Origin: Selaginella moellendorffii
Taxonomy: Eukaryota > Plantae > Lycopodiophyta
NCBI RefSeq assembly: GCF_000143415.4
Contig: NW_003314309.1
Location: 1,115,199-1,179,198, forward strand
Direction: 5' to 3'
Length of the DNA: 64,000 nt
This document shows, in pieces, positions 13,126 through 23,667 of this stretch. The notes beneath the pieces were generated by a model. The model was not told where the DNA came from and ran no database searches. It saw only the letters and a list, made by a program, of their open reading frames with translations. The position numbers and the translations under genes are program-made. How positions within the stretch are numbered: the stretch's first letter is position 1; each line of letters begins with the position of its first letter.

Positions 13126-14067
13126 TTAGGAGGTGCTCAGTCAGATTACACAGTGGAAGCAGAGGTGTATGGTGATATACCGAGTGAGCATGTATGGTAG
13201 GGTGGGCTTGCATGCAAGTACATATGGAAGGGATCTTCTACTTTTTCTTTACCCTTCCTTTTCCCCTTCTATCTTTCATGGATCAATCCAATGAGATCGG
13301 TATGGATCTTTACAATATGAATCTCTACATGTCAGAAGTTCCTCGTTGGGAGAAAGGAAGACAACAAAATTACTTATAAAAACAATGAAGAAGAAAAATG
13401 TTAAACACTCTATAAAAAGTTTAAGCATGTTACTGTGTGAGCCACATTATTTATGAGGTATTAAAAGTTTTCTTAAGATTTATGTTCTTGAATAAGGACA
13501 ATATCCGGTAAATTTCATTGAATTTATTTTTATTTAGGAACATTTCTAGAAAAGGATACAATCGTTCTGTGGATCAATACTCCTGAAGAAAAGGAGAAAA
13601 TGATTTGCTCACCCACATAGATTCCAAGTTTTTTGTTCTCGTGGAACATGTCGAGCAGGCCTTGAGGATTCAAGATGTAGAATGCACGAACTCGGCTGTT
13701 CCCAGTAGCCGAGAACATACAGCTCTCATTTGGCCTCCGATGGAAGCCCTGCACAATTACTCACTTCCATCACTGATCTAGAGAACTTACTGGAAATAAT
13801 CTTGTTCCTCTTTGAATTTTAGATTGATAAATATTCTAGAATTTCCCGGATATTCTAATATCATTAAGGTGAGAACTTTTTGTAAAGCAAGTGAAACTTC
13901 CAGCGAATGGGGATTCGAGCTGCAAGCGACAAACACACTGCTTAAAATACTTTGCCTCACAGTTTCTCAAGAGACAATACAAGTTGATCAGACCCTTCAC
14001 TCCAGCCAATTTTTCTCCGCTAGAGAATGTGAGTGTTTTTATATCTTTGGTTTGTGCAGCTTCCCTT

Positions 14068-15573
14068 TCATCTTCTCATTCGCATTGTTGTCGATAGCAT
14101 CACATATGGAGTCGAGCTCTTGGAACCAGCCTCGAGAGCGTGTCTAGCTGCTTTGCTCCCGGTTTTCATATCACTGTGACTCTTCGAGGCCAGAAGCAAG
14201 CAGTTCCAGTCCATAGCCTCAGGGACAAACGGCATACTCCAGGCAAGCTCTCGAGCGTTTTCCAGATGCCCAGATCGGGCGAGTATGTCGATCATACAGC
14301 TAAAGTGGTGCTTGTTCGGTCTTAGATCATGGTCACCAGTCATGGACACAAAAAACTCCAAGCCAGATTCTAAATCTCCAAGATGGCTGCAGCCAAGCAA
14401 CGCGCAAGTGAAAGAGGTCTCGTTGGGCCTCACGCCCTCAACTTCCATGACCTTGAAGAGCCCCATGCACTCCTCCGAGTGCCCGTTTTGGGCATACGTC
14501 GTCATCATCGCGTTCCACAGCGCCGTGTCCTGCCAGTGCTGTGGAGACGAATCGAAAACTCTCCGGCACTCTCCCAGCAGCCCGTTGCGAGCAAAAGACG
14601 TGAGCAGCACGTTCCAGGACACGGAGTTGTGCTCCGGCATCTCCACAAACAGGAACTTTGCGTCGTCCATATACCAGGCCTGGGCATAGGCGGACACCAT
14701 CGCTGTCCAAGACACGGTGCTCCTCTCGGGCATCCCGTCGAAGATGTTCTTGGCGAGCTCCAGGTGGTCGTTCTCCGAATAAGCCACCAGCATGGCTGTC
14801 CAAGTTACCATGTTCTTCTCCGGGCTGCTATCGAAGAAACACTTTGCGTCTTCGAGTCTCTTCTTGTGGATATATGCCGTGAGCAGTGCATTCCAAGAGA
14901 CCAAGTTCCACTCCGGAGCTGTGTCAAACATTCTCTTTGTTTCTTCCAAATGCCCGTTCTGGGCATATGCTGCAAGCATAGCTGTTCTTGAAATGAAGTC
15001 TTGCAAAGGGGTCTCGTCGTATAAAACTTTTGCTTCTTCCGCATGGCCTTTCTGACCGAGTAAACTTATAATAACAGTCAATGAAACGAGATCTCTTTCG
15101 GGCATGGAGTGAAAGAGGTTTCTTGCATTGAGAAAATGCCCAGATCCGGCATATGCTTCGAGCATGGCAGTCCATGAAATAATGTTCTGCAGGGGCATCT
15201 CAAAAAACACAGATTCAGCCTCTTCCAAATGATCGCTTTGCGCATAAGCGACTAGAATAGTGTTCCATGCAAAAAGGTTTTGTTGAGGCATTGCATTGAG
15301 AGACCTTTTGGTCTCTTCAAAATGCCCATTTGCGGCAAGTGCGGAGATCATCAGCACCCAGGAGTATGAATTCTTGTTGACGATCTCGTTAAAGACGCCT
15401 CTGGCGCTTTCGACACTTCCACACCTTCCATACATTTGGACCAACAAATTGGAGAGGTATCTGTAGTTGTCACTGGCAGCATGCTGGCTCTTTGAAATAT
15501 AAGCATGGATGGCTCTTGCCTGTGCCAGGGACTCACAAGACCTTATTAGTTGTGCACAGGCATTTGTATCCAT
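14068..15573 (-). CDS. PLS-class PPR protein with a C-terminal E domain and no DYW; likely an organellar RNA-editing specificity factor
   Basis: Intronless 501-aa ORF; tandem 31-aa repeats (NxxSWTAMLxAYAxxGHLxxA); P2-L2-S2 (FTCALLGCSHLG, HFSCMIDILARSG) and E1 (MPFVPEAMDWNCLL...PYVMLS). Confidence 0.93.
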   Translation of the reverse strand: MDTNACAQLIRSCESLAQARAIHAYISKSQHAASDNYRYLSNLLVQMYGRCGSVESARGVFNEIVNKNSYSWVLMISALAANGHFEETKRSLNAMPQQNLFAWNTILVAYAQSDHLEEAESVFFEMPLQNIISWTAMLEAYAGSGHFLNARNLFHSMPERDLVSLTVIISLLGQKGHAEEAKVLYDETPLQDFISRTAMLAAYAQNGHLEETKRMFDTAPEWNLVSWNALLTAYIHKKRLEDAKCFFDSSPEKNMVTWTAMLVAYSENDHLELAKNIFDGMPERSTVSWTAMVSAYAQAWYMDDAKFLFVEMPEHNSVSWNVLLTSFARNGLLGECRRVFDSSPQHWQDTALWNAMMTTYAQNGHSEECMGLFKVMEVEGVRPNETSFTCALLGCSHLGDLESGLEFFVSMTGDHDLRPNKHHFSCMIDILARSGHLENARELAWSMPFVPEAMDWNCLLLASKSHSDMKTGSKAARHALEAGSKSSTPYVMLSTTMRMRR

Positions 15574-15749
15574 GGTAGCATGGCATCCAAAGATAAAGAA
15601 AAGAGCCTCTTTGGGATTTTTCCCGCCTTATTGTTTAAACACATATAGAATATGCGTTTGATCCTTAACGATCAATCGAGGGATCGCAGCTCCTTTCTCG
15701 TCAAATTTTTCGCACAGCGTTTGCCAAGAGCGGTACACAATATTCTTGG

Positions 15750-16110
15750 AGATTTATATCCATCTCTTGCTCCTCGAGCTTGTGAGCCTTTGTTCTCGTA
15801 TGACCAAAGTAAACGTGGTAAGCTCGGGATCTTTGAAGACCAGGTTGACTCTTACGCATCCTAGCATGTTGCATCATATCCATCTCTCGTTACGGCCAGA
15901 AACGATCTAGCAGCCTTGGATGATCTCTTGTCAAACGTGTTAAGCTTGACAGGATCTATGGAGACTTGATCTTATGCATCCTGCATTTTGCAGACTCCAA
16001 GCTTCATATCCATCCCTTGTGCACCAGCAATGATCCATTGCTAATCGTGGTAAGCTCAGAATCTTTCCATTGGAGACCATGATCTCACACATCCCAGTTG
16101 TATGTTGTAG
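15750..16110. repeat. Three to four degenerate ~110-120-bp tandem units upstream of the PPR gene
   Basis: CGTG(G/T)TAAGCT...GAGAC...ATCT...CATCC recurs at ~15815, ~15936 and ~16046; ATATCCATC recurs at ~15757, ~15875 and ~16006. Confidence 0.6.
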
Positions 16111-16249
16111 AAAAATAACTCAAGGATGGCTTCTCTTACTTATGGCAGGCATAACTAGCTTTGAAGGTTTTTTTTTTTCTTATTTTACGTTTTTTCTTTT
16201 GTATGTGTAACTGCTGAACTTCCTCTTTATCAAGCAAGCCCAAAAACGG

Positions 16250-17900
16250 CTATGCCCACACTATCGAACACTTAATGGGATAGATTCTGGTGGTGAGAAG
16301 GTGAAACTAGAGGACTTCAGATGCATAAGCTTTGGTGGTTATTTTAATGGTTTTGCATGATGTGGGTCTTTAGTGGTGGAATTGGTTTAAGGAGTTTTGT
16401 ATTGCAAATAAAAGCCATTAGTGTTTACCATGGAGGAGTTTGAGGTTATTTTTCATTTATGTTTTACCCTTCATTATAACATTGCATAGAACTTTGATAA
16501 TTTCAACAAGCAAAAATGATGCTAAAGGACTATATTGAGAAGTTTACTCACTTGATTAATTATGTTTTAATGATAGATCCAAATCAAAACAAATCCTATT
16601 TTATTAATGGTTTTCATAATAAGAGCATGTGGCAACACTTGCATCATTCTCAACCTATAAAGAGTTTGGAAGAGCTCTTTGATACAGTTCCTTAACTTGA
16701 TAATGACAAGCATAAGTTTCAAAAGTGTTTGAGGAGTAGAGAATTGTAATGATGATCACTATAAACACGAGGATGGGAACAAGAATTACAAATTGAAGTT
16801 TGTAGTGACTATTTTGGATACAAAGAAGCAAAATTTTTTTATAAAGAATTATAGCTAAAGTTGTCATTATTATAGTGAGCTTGGATACTACAAAGTTGAT
16901 TATCCATATCCAAAGCACAAGTAATAGAGCAAAAAGAATGGTCAATCTTCTACTAATAATAAGTTAGATACTAAAAAAATTGTAAACTTTACGGTGTGAG
17001 GATGATAGGGAAAATTGTTCCAGTCAGAGGAAGAGGCTTTTGATTATTCCTCATTAATTCAATTGTATATAGAATAAAATGGAGTTTGAGGACATATCAG
17101 CTTTAATGCCAAAGGGTGTGTTCCATAGCAATTTAGTGCCAGTTTTACTAAATAGTAGGAGTAATAACAATTTTGTTTTGACAAAGTTTGTTGAGGAGCA
17201 TGGCCTGGTGCCATGAAGAGTTCTTCTATATATAATGGAAAGTGCAGTTACCTTTGCTCAATATTTCAATGCTTGTGTGGAGGGGTTAGAAGTGTTAGTT
17301 GGCAAAACCACACATTTGAAAACTTTTTATTTCATAAATATCTGTTTTGTGGATTTTACTCTTGGGATACCATAGTTAACGAAGATGGATCTTGAGATAA
17401 AGTGGAACATTAAGTGTGAGTACAATGACGTAAAAAATATATGGTTTAAAGAGGAACTTTAACCTCTAATTATTATACTCTCCATTGCATCTTTGAAGTA
17501 AGTTTGTTATAATAGACAAAAACTTTCAAATTACTTGCTATTTGTTCATGACTTGGGGGGACCAAGCACATATAGGGGAGAGGCAATAATATAAGATGTA
17601 TTCAAGGACTTTTTTGATGTTATGTAAAGGAGCAAAAAGTTCAATAATAAATCAAGGAAGTATTTGAGTTTGAATTTATTCAACCAAATTAATTTTTATT
17701 TTATGCCATAATCTTGCTTATGAAGAATTAGGACAGTTCAATGTAAATGTGTATTAAGTATCGTGCTTTGATCAACAAAACAATGAATAATAATATTGTT
17801 GAGGATGATATATTAAATAAACTTAGTGAAACATAAGTGTTTACCAAGATTGGTCTAAGGAGTGGATATCATCAGATTGCAATACTATAATCAAACTCAT
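16250..17900 (+). mobile_element. Degenerate Ty3/gypsy gag-pol remnant
   Basis: Protease-like LLNSRSNNNF (LxDSG..NF) at ~17145; RT motif IGLRSGYHQI (DLRSGYHQI) at ~17850. Confidence 0.6.
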
Positions 17901-18149
17901 AGAGTTTGGGGAATTTCTTATTGAGCATTGTCAATTTTGGGAATATAAAGTAAATTTCATCTTTGTATAAATGATCTTTTCGTCAAATGAGCAATAGAAC
18001 ACTTTAATGACTGGATTAAAAGCTTGAGCAAGTTTTCCCCTTAACTTAACCTACCCTGATGGAGTGGTAAGAAACCTCAAAAGGAAATATAATGTAATCT
18101 TAGGGAGATTTGACATTTTGTTGTTTTAGCACCAGGTCGTGACATTCTT

Positions 18150-18562
18150 CTTCCCAAGCCCTCATGGAAGTCTTTAATGTCCCACTTGCTTGCTTTTAGT
18201 AGTTACATGTACCTTTCTTTCATCGTGAGTTGCAGACCCTAGCCTTCTAAGCATTGTTGCTGCTCCTGGCCTTGAAACCTGTCCGAGGCATTGCTCTCTC
18301 CTCTCAATGCTGGAGGATTCTTTGCTTCTTGGGCCTTGCAACTGGGGCTTGCAAAGAGCACTGCGGTTGTAGCAACTTGCTCAGCCTCTTCTGGGACTCT
18401 TTCGTTCAATGCAGCCTGCATCTCAGCAAAGGTTTTAGCAGTGTTTTGTTCCATCAGAGTTGTCTTGAGAGCCTGATGCTCAAGCCCGGTCAGGGCATTG
18501 AGAAGTACTGCTTGCTTGTCTTCATCAGGAACCGTCTCTCCTAGTGCCACTAACTGCGAGAT
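18150..18562 (-). mobile_element. Ty1/copia gag fragment
   Basis: QLVALGETVPDEDKQAVLLNALTGLEHQALKTTL resembles the copia gag LxxxGxxxxDEDxxxxLLxxL motif; followed by a decayed zinc-knuckle-like stretch. Confidence 0.65.
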
Positions 18563-18565
18563 TAG

Positions 18566-19990
18566 TGACTAAAGGAAATCTCTTTTGCCCAGTTCCAAAA
18601 ATCTTTTCCCGTGAAGACAGGGATGGGAAGCGCTGCATGCCGTCATATCCTCAAGGATTTCAAACACAGACCAGCCTTGCTGATGGATAAAGTCTTCCAC
18701 AGCATTGAGACCATGGTTGGTCCTGACCGTTCCGAACGCCAACCAGCCAACCGCCTGACTATGGTTATCGACCGGCTGTGAAAATGCTGAACGACCGAAT
18801 AGTTCACAAAATTTTTTTGATAAAAAAAAAACATTTTTAGTAAAACCACATTAATAAAAGTAAGAAAACCAAAGCATTAAACCAAACCAAACTAAACCAA
18901 AGCATTAGACCAAACCAAATCAACTACTATTCATCTTCTTCAACATCTTCGGCAAGTTCTTTAACATTTCCGGCATCTTCCTCAACAATCACATCTTCAT
19001 TTGGAAGATCTTCTTTGGCTAAATCTTCTATACCAAGAGATTCAAGCCTAGCTTGCATCTTTACAATCCTCATCCATTGTGGTTCGATTGCAATTGTGTC
19101 GAGATCAATCTCTAGGAACTTCATTCAGACAAAAGGGCATTTGCGATTTGCTCCACAAACATTTAGCGAGCTTGGTTCTGAACATGAAGAGGAACGTTTG
19201 AAGCACTACATGCTTCAATATCATGCCCAGAAACTTAGCAAGATGCGCTTTGATTCGTTTCGGCAGACCGTCATACATTTTACCACAATAATTACATTTC
19301 CAACGCCCAGCTCCTTTGCCGGAAGCATAAGGAGTGAGCTTGGTAACATGGGACCATGCCCAATCGGGCACCATCGCTCAATTGTGCCAGAATTGCTACA
19401 AATCGCTAGAATCAAATCTCTGAAATCACTGGAATTTCCATTTTAGGGCAAAAATTTCAAACGTTGCGGACTGGGCAATTTAATTTGCGAGGCAGCGAGC
19501 TGCTCTACTCCACACTGAATCAAAAGCAGAGGCCAGAGAGTGTCGCCCTGTAGAGCTCGGTACACACGCAGCTCCTATAGGCTTTAGCCCTCTTCGTCGG
19601 ATTCTATGTAGGCTTGCTGGGCAGCTGGGCTGTGCATTCGTGGATGGAATCCGATGGATGGATCTCTCCATAGCAGCAGGAGAACAGCAAAGCAATGGAG
19701 ATGCAGTGGCAATGGCAATAGCGGCTGCAGCATCAGAAATCTAGCGTGATCACAATTTTTTTTTTGCACTTTTTTTTTTTGCCGAACGGAATACCAAACG
19801 GAGCTGTCCAACCGCGTTCGGCGGCAGTCGGGATTTCAGCCGAACGCGTTCGGGACCAACCATGATTGAGACGAGATCTCTTCCTGAAATGCTGGATCTT
19901 GGCGACTACACACCGCAAAGTCTCATATTTGTCGCTCTCGCCACTCCCAGTCTTCCCCATCAAAGCCCTCAGCTCTGTTGCCCTTGCATT
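18566..19990 (-). pseudogene. Unidentified ORF interrupted by the hAT element
   Basis: Removing the element plus one TSD gives a continuous frame RATELRALMGKTGSGESDKYETLRCVVAKIQHFRKRSRLN|AVEDFIHQQGWSVFEILEDMTACSASHPCLHGKRFWNWAKEISFSH*. Confidence 0.5.
18712..19864 (-). mobile_element. Internally deleted non-autonomous hAT DNA transposon (1153 bp)
   Basis: TIR CATGGTTGGTCC at both ends; perfect 8-bp TSD ATTGAGAC (18704-18711 and 19865-19872); BED zinc finger WSHV...WKCNYCGKMY..LPKRIKAHL at ~19230-19365 and an acidic C-terminal remnant at 18927-19124; catalytic core absent. Confidence 0.92.
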
Positions 19991-20249
19991 GTCACAACCA
20001 CGTCACAACTGAAAATGCTCCTAGAATATGCCTGGATGTGTCCTCCATCCTTTTTGATCCGTGCTGCCTCTCGGGGCACCTCCTCATGCATACCAACCTT
20101 TGCATACCAACTTTTGAAGAAAAGAATCCATACCTCTTTTCGAAATTTTTAAGGCAAGGAAAAGAATGTGAACAAGCTGAAGTGTTTGAAGCAAGTATTT
20201 AGGTGGCATGTTCTGTTTGCATCCCTCGTTTTTACAATAAACCCTAAAC

Positions 20250-21770
20250 TTATTTGACCGGCATTGACTGCCATTTCATGGCCGTGGACACAAGGACGTA
20301 TGGCGCCGCCGAGTTGACCCTCTCCAGCTTGGCGGCGTGCCTGGCGGCTCGCCCGGCGTCAAGGTGCCTCTTGCAAGCCCCCACCAAGCACCGCCAGTCC
20401 ACATCGTCTGGAACAAACGGCATGGCCGCCATGAGATCCTCCGCCTCGCCCACTCGCCCCGCTCGTCCCAGCGCGTCCACCACGCACGAAAAGTGCTGCT
20501 TGTGTGGCCTCAGCCGCCGATCCTCCACCATCGCCACCATCCAGCTCCAAGCACCGCCCACGTCCCCGGCTTGGCTACAAGCCGCCATCACCGAAACCAG
20601 CGACGTCTCGTTCGCCGCCACCCCCTCGGCCTCCATCTCGCGAAGAACTCCCACAGTCTCCTCCACCTCCCTGCTGTTGTGCGCCTTCGCGGCGAGCATC
20701 GCGTTCCACACCGATCCGTGCTGCCTCTCCGGGCACCGCTCCAGCAGCCTCTGTGAGCTCCCCAAGTCCCCGGCTTGGCCATAGCCGATGATCATCGAGC
20801 TCCACGAGAGAGCGTCCCTCTCCACCATCGCGTCGAACAAGTTCTTGGCACTGGCGAGATCCCTGCTCTGGTTGTACGCCGCCAGCATCGCGTTCCACGA
20901 CACGAGGTTCTTCTCCGGCATGGCGGTGAAGAGCTCCTCGGCCTCGCCAAACTTCCCGTCCCTGGCGTGCGCCACCACGGCTGCCGTCCAAGTTACAACG
21001 TTGTGCTCGGGCATCTGGACGAACAGCTCCATGAGGCTCTCCAGGCTCTCGCTCTCGGCCAGCACTCCAAACATGGCCGTCCACGACACCTCGTTCCTCT
21101 CCGGCATCGCCTCCAGCACTGCCTTGGCCGCGGAGAGATGCCCGTTCTGAGCGTACGCGTCCAGGAGAGCTGTCCAGGCCACAACATCGGTCTCCTCCAT
21201 CCCATCAAACACCACCCGGGCTTCGTCCACCCGGCCCGAGCTCCCGAGAACCACCACCATGGTCGTGCTCCCGACCAAGTTCCTCTCCGGCATCGCCTCA
21301 AACACGTCCCTGGCCTCGTCTGCATGCCCGTTCTGGGCATAGGCCGAGAGCATCCCGTTCCAAGACACCTGGTTCCGAGCCGGCATGGCGTCGAACACCA
21401 GCTTTGCCTCGTCCACTCTTCGGTTCTCTGCGTAAGCTGTAACCATCGCTGTCCAGGCCACCAAGTTCTTCTCTGGCATGTCGTTGAACACCTGTCTTGC
21501 CTCTCGAGCGTGCCCGTTCTGGCCATAGGCGGTCATCATCAGGGTCCATGAGAAACTGTTCCTGTAAGGGAGCCCGTCGAATATCAGTCTCGAGTCCTCC
21601 ACACTTCGGCACTTCCCATACATCTGAAGCAGCATGTTGGAGAGGTAGAGTCCTGAGTGAGCCATGTGTTCGCTTTGCACAACCCGGGAGTGGACATGCT
21701 TGGCTTCCCAGAGTATCCGGCATGAACTTATGATCGAGACCAACTCTTCGAATGTCACCGCAGCGAACAT
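20250..21770 (-). CDS. PLS-class PPR protein with a C-terminal E domain and no DYW
   Basis: Intronless ORF (first ATG at 21770) with 31-aa repeat array, HFSCVVDALGRAG, MPFVPDDVDWRCLVGAC and PYVLVS; same architecture as 14068-15573. Confidence 0.93.
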   Translation of the reverse strand: MFAAVTFEELVSIISSCRILWEAKHVHSRVVQSEHMAHSGLYLSNMLLQMYGKCRSVEDSRLIFDGLPYRNSFSWTLMMTAYGQNGHAREARQVFNDMPEKNLVAWTAMVTAYAENRRVDEAKLVFDAMPARNQVSWNGMLSAYAQNGHADEARDVFEAMPERNLVGSTTMVVVLGSSGRVDEARVVFDGMEETDVVAWTALLDAYAQNGHLSAAKAVLEAMPERNEVSWTAMFGVLAESESLESLMELFVQMPEHNVVTWTAAVVAHARDGKFGEAEELFTAMPEKNLVSWNAMLAAYNQSRDLASAKNLFDAMVERDALSWSSMIIGYGQAGDLGSSQRLLERCPERQHGSVWNAMLAAKAHNSREVEETVGVLREMEAEGVAANETSLVSVMAACSQAGDVGGAWSWMVAMVEDRRLRPHKQHFSCVVDALGRAGRVGEAEDLMAAMPFVPDDVDWRCLVGACKRHLDAGRAARHAAKLERVNSAAPYVLVSTAMKWQSMPVK

Positions 21771-21933
21771 ATCAAGCCACTCCAACCAAGAGCCTGGGAA
21801 GAAAAGAATCCAGCTTCGTTATTTTCATCTCTTCCTCACCTTGAGAAGAGGTAGAATAGCTTATATATATACACAAGCCCCAAAGTCATCAAAAACACAA
21901 AATTTTTAACCTTGTACGCCAGAAGCTCAGTGC

Positions 21934-23096
21934 TTAGTACGGTATCAGTATAGAATCGATGAGCTCTTGCAGTGGTGCGAGCTCCTTCTTTTCGACGAGG
22001 TTGAATTCCTGTCAAATGAATCATAGTAAGTCTCAAAACTTTCAATGAAGTGATACTTACGAATGTGAACAAGATGAAGTGTTTGAAGCAAGTATTTAGG
22101 TGAGCCTCTTCTTTGAGGCTCACAATCTTCTGGAAATGCGAGTGGTATATGTGGGCGTATACCCGGAATAATCTTTTGAAAATGGTCTTTACAACCTCCT
22201 TGAAGTTGGGAGGAAACGGTGCGCCTGCAGAAGAGAAGACAAGGTTTTTAGATGCCACTTTCTCCCAATCACCAAACAGACGTACCAAGTTTCTGGGGAA
22301 AGATCGCTTCGTCGTCGAGCTGGCCTTCGATCCAATCCATAAGATACTCGACGTACTTCGGAGCCGAGACTTCAATGGGCTTTTTTATTTGAATACCATC
22401 GGCCCATCGATACTCGTATCTACGCAATTAAAGTGAGAATTCACGAGCGAGCGAGTCACTGTCCAAGCTTACTTCGGTCCAGCAGACATGGTTGGACAAT
22501 TCTCTGGCGTGCAAAACTCCGTCAACGTCCCGTAGAGAAGATTCACCTGATTGAAAAAGTCCACCGCTGCATAGCAAAGACTTGAAGTTAGCTCAAAACC
22601 TGGAATACGAGCAAGAACAACAACAACAACAACAACAAAAAAAAAAAACGCAGCGAGGGAAGAACGAGATTACTGTTGATGGCCAACCATTCGTTTAAGT
22701 CTTCTCCGGGAGGTAACCGGACTGCTTCTCTCAGGTTACCACTCCCTAAAGTGGCATCAATGTGCTTGCGAAGCTGGGCACCCTGATAAAAAAGAAAAAG
22801 CAGCTTAAGTTCTTCGCGCAAACAGCAAAGTAAAAGGAGAATGATAAAGCCCGATAGCTTTCTTTGCTACTCACTCACCTTGCTTCCAGAGGGAGCGCTC
22901 TTTTTAGGCCGGAAGGTACGCTGATTCCTGCGAGAGCAGCGCCACAGGCATTAGCTCAATGTAGCCCTAATTGCGGGAGAGAGAAGCAAGCAATGCCGGG
23001 ATCGGGGCGCGATGGAAGGGCAAGCGAAATCTTGCAGCGCCAGCTCCAAGAAGAGGAGAATCGATCGAAATACCTGCCCAGCCCGAAGAGGCTCAT
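21934..23096 (-). CDS. MOB1: MOB kinase activator 1 (multi-exon)
   Basis: Exons give MSLFGLG|[17 protein letters not shown]|[34 protein letters not shown]...[48 protein letters not shown]...[11 protein letters not shown]; short GT-AG introns. Confidence 0.96.
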
Positions 23097-23667
23097 GGCG
23101 CGAAACGCGGCCGTGTCGAAATTCGGCGACGACGAGAGCGATCGATCGGTGGCGCCGCGCTCGCTCGCCCGCTGTTCTTGAGCTCGAGCGAATGATTAGG
23201 ATTGCTACAGTGTTAAAAAAACTTTTATATGCGTGCAAGGGAAATCTCGGCCGTACTGTACACGTCAGGCCAATGGCAGCCGTCGATCCTCCGCTAACCG
23301 AATAGAAGATACTTCCATTATAAATGTACACGAAGAAGAGCCACGAAGAACTCACTGCTCGGACTTTTTGTACAGGCTTGTCGATCGATCGATCTCTCTT
23401 TCTCTCTCTCTCTCTCTCTTTCGAGTGACTATATACCATCACAGCTTCACTGCTTAGCTCCAAGAAAGAAGGAAAAAAAAAAAAACGGAAGAAAAACTCA
23501 GTACCTCGAAAGTTAAGTTCGCTCGCTTCGCGTTCGTTGTTGGATGATCGCTCTTCTCGCCTCCAACCTTGTGTGAGTAGCGATAAGCTTCGTTCTCGCT
23601 TCCTCGCGCTTGCAACATCTTCGCCTTTGAGCGAAAGCTGGAAAGCTGGAAGTTTGTGACAAGCCTG

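Noticed and set aside
20254-21733. Long antisense and alternate-frame ORFs over the GC-rich PPR gene (similarly over UPF2, BAHD and the GLPs)
   Set aside because: Expected shadows of GC-rich coding sequence.
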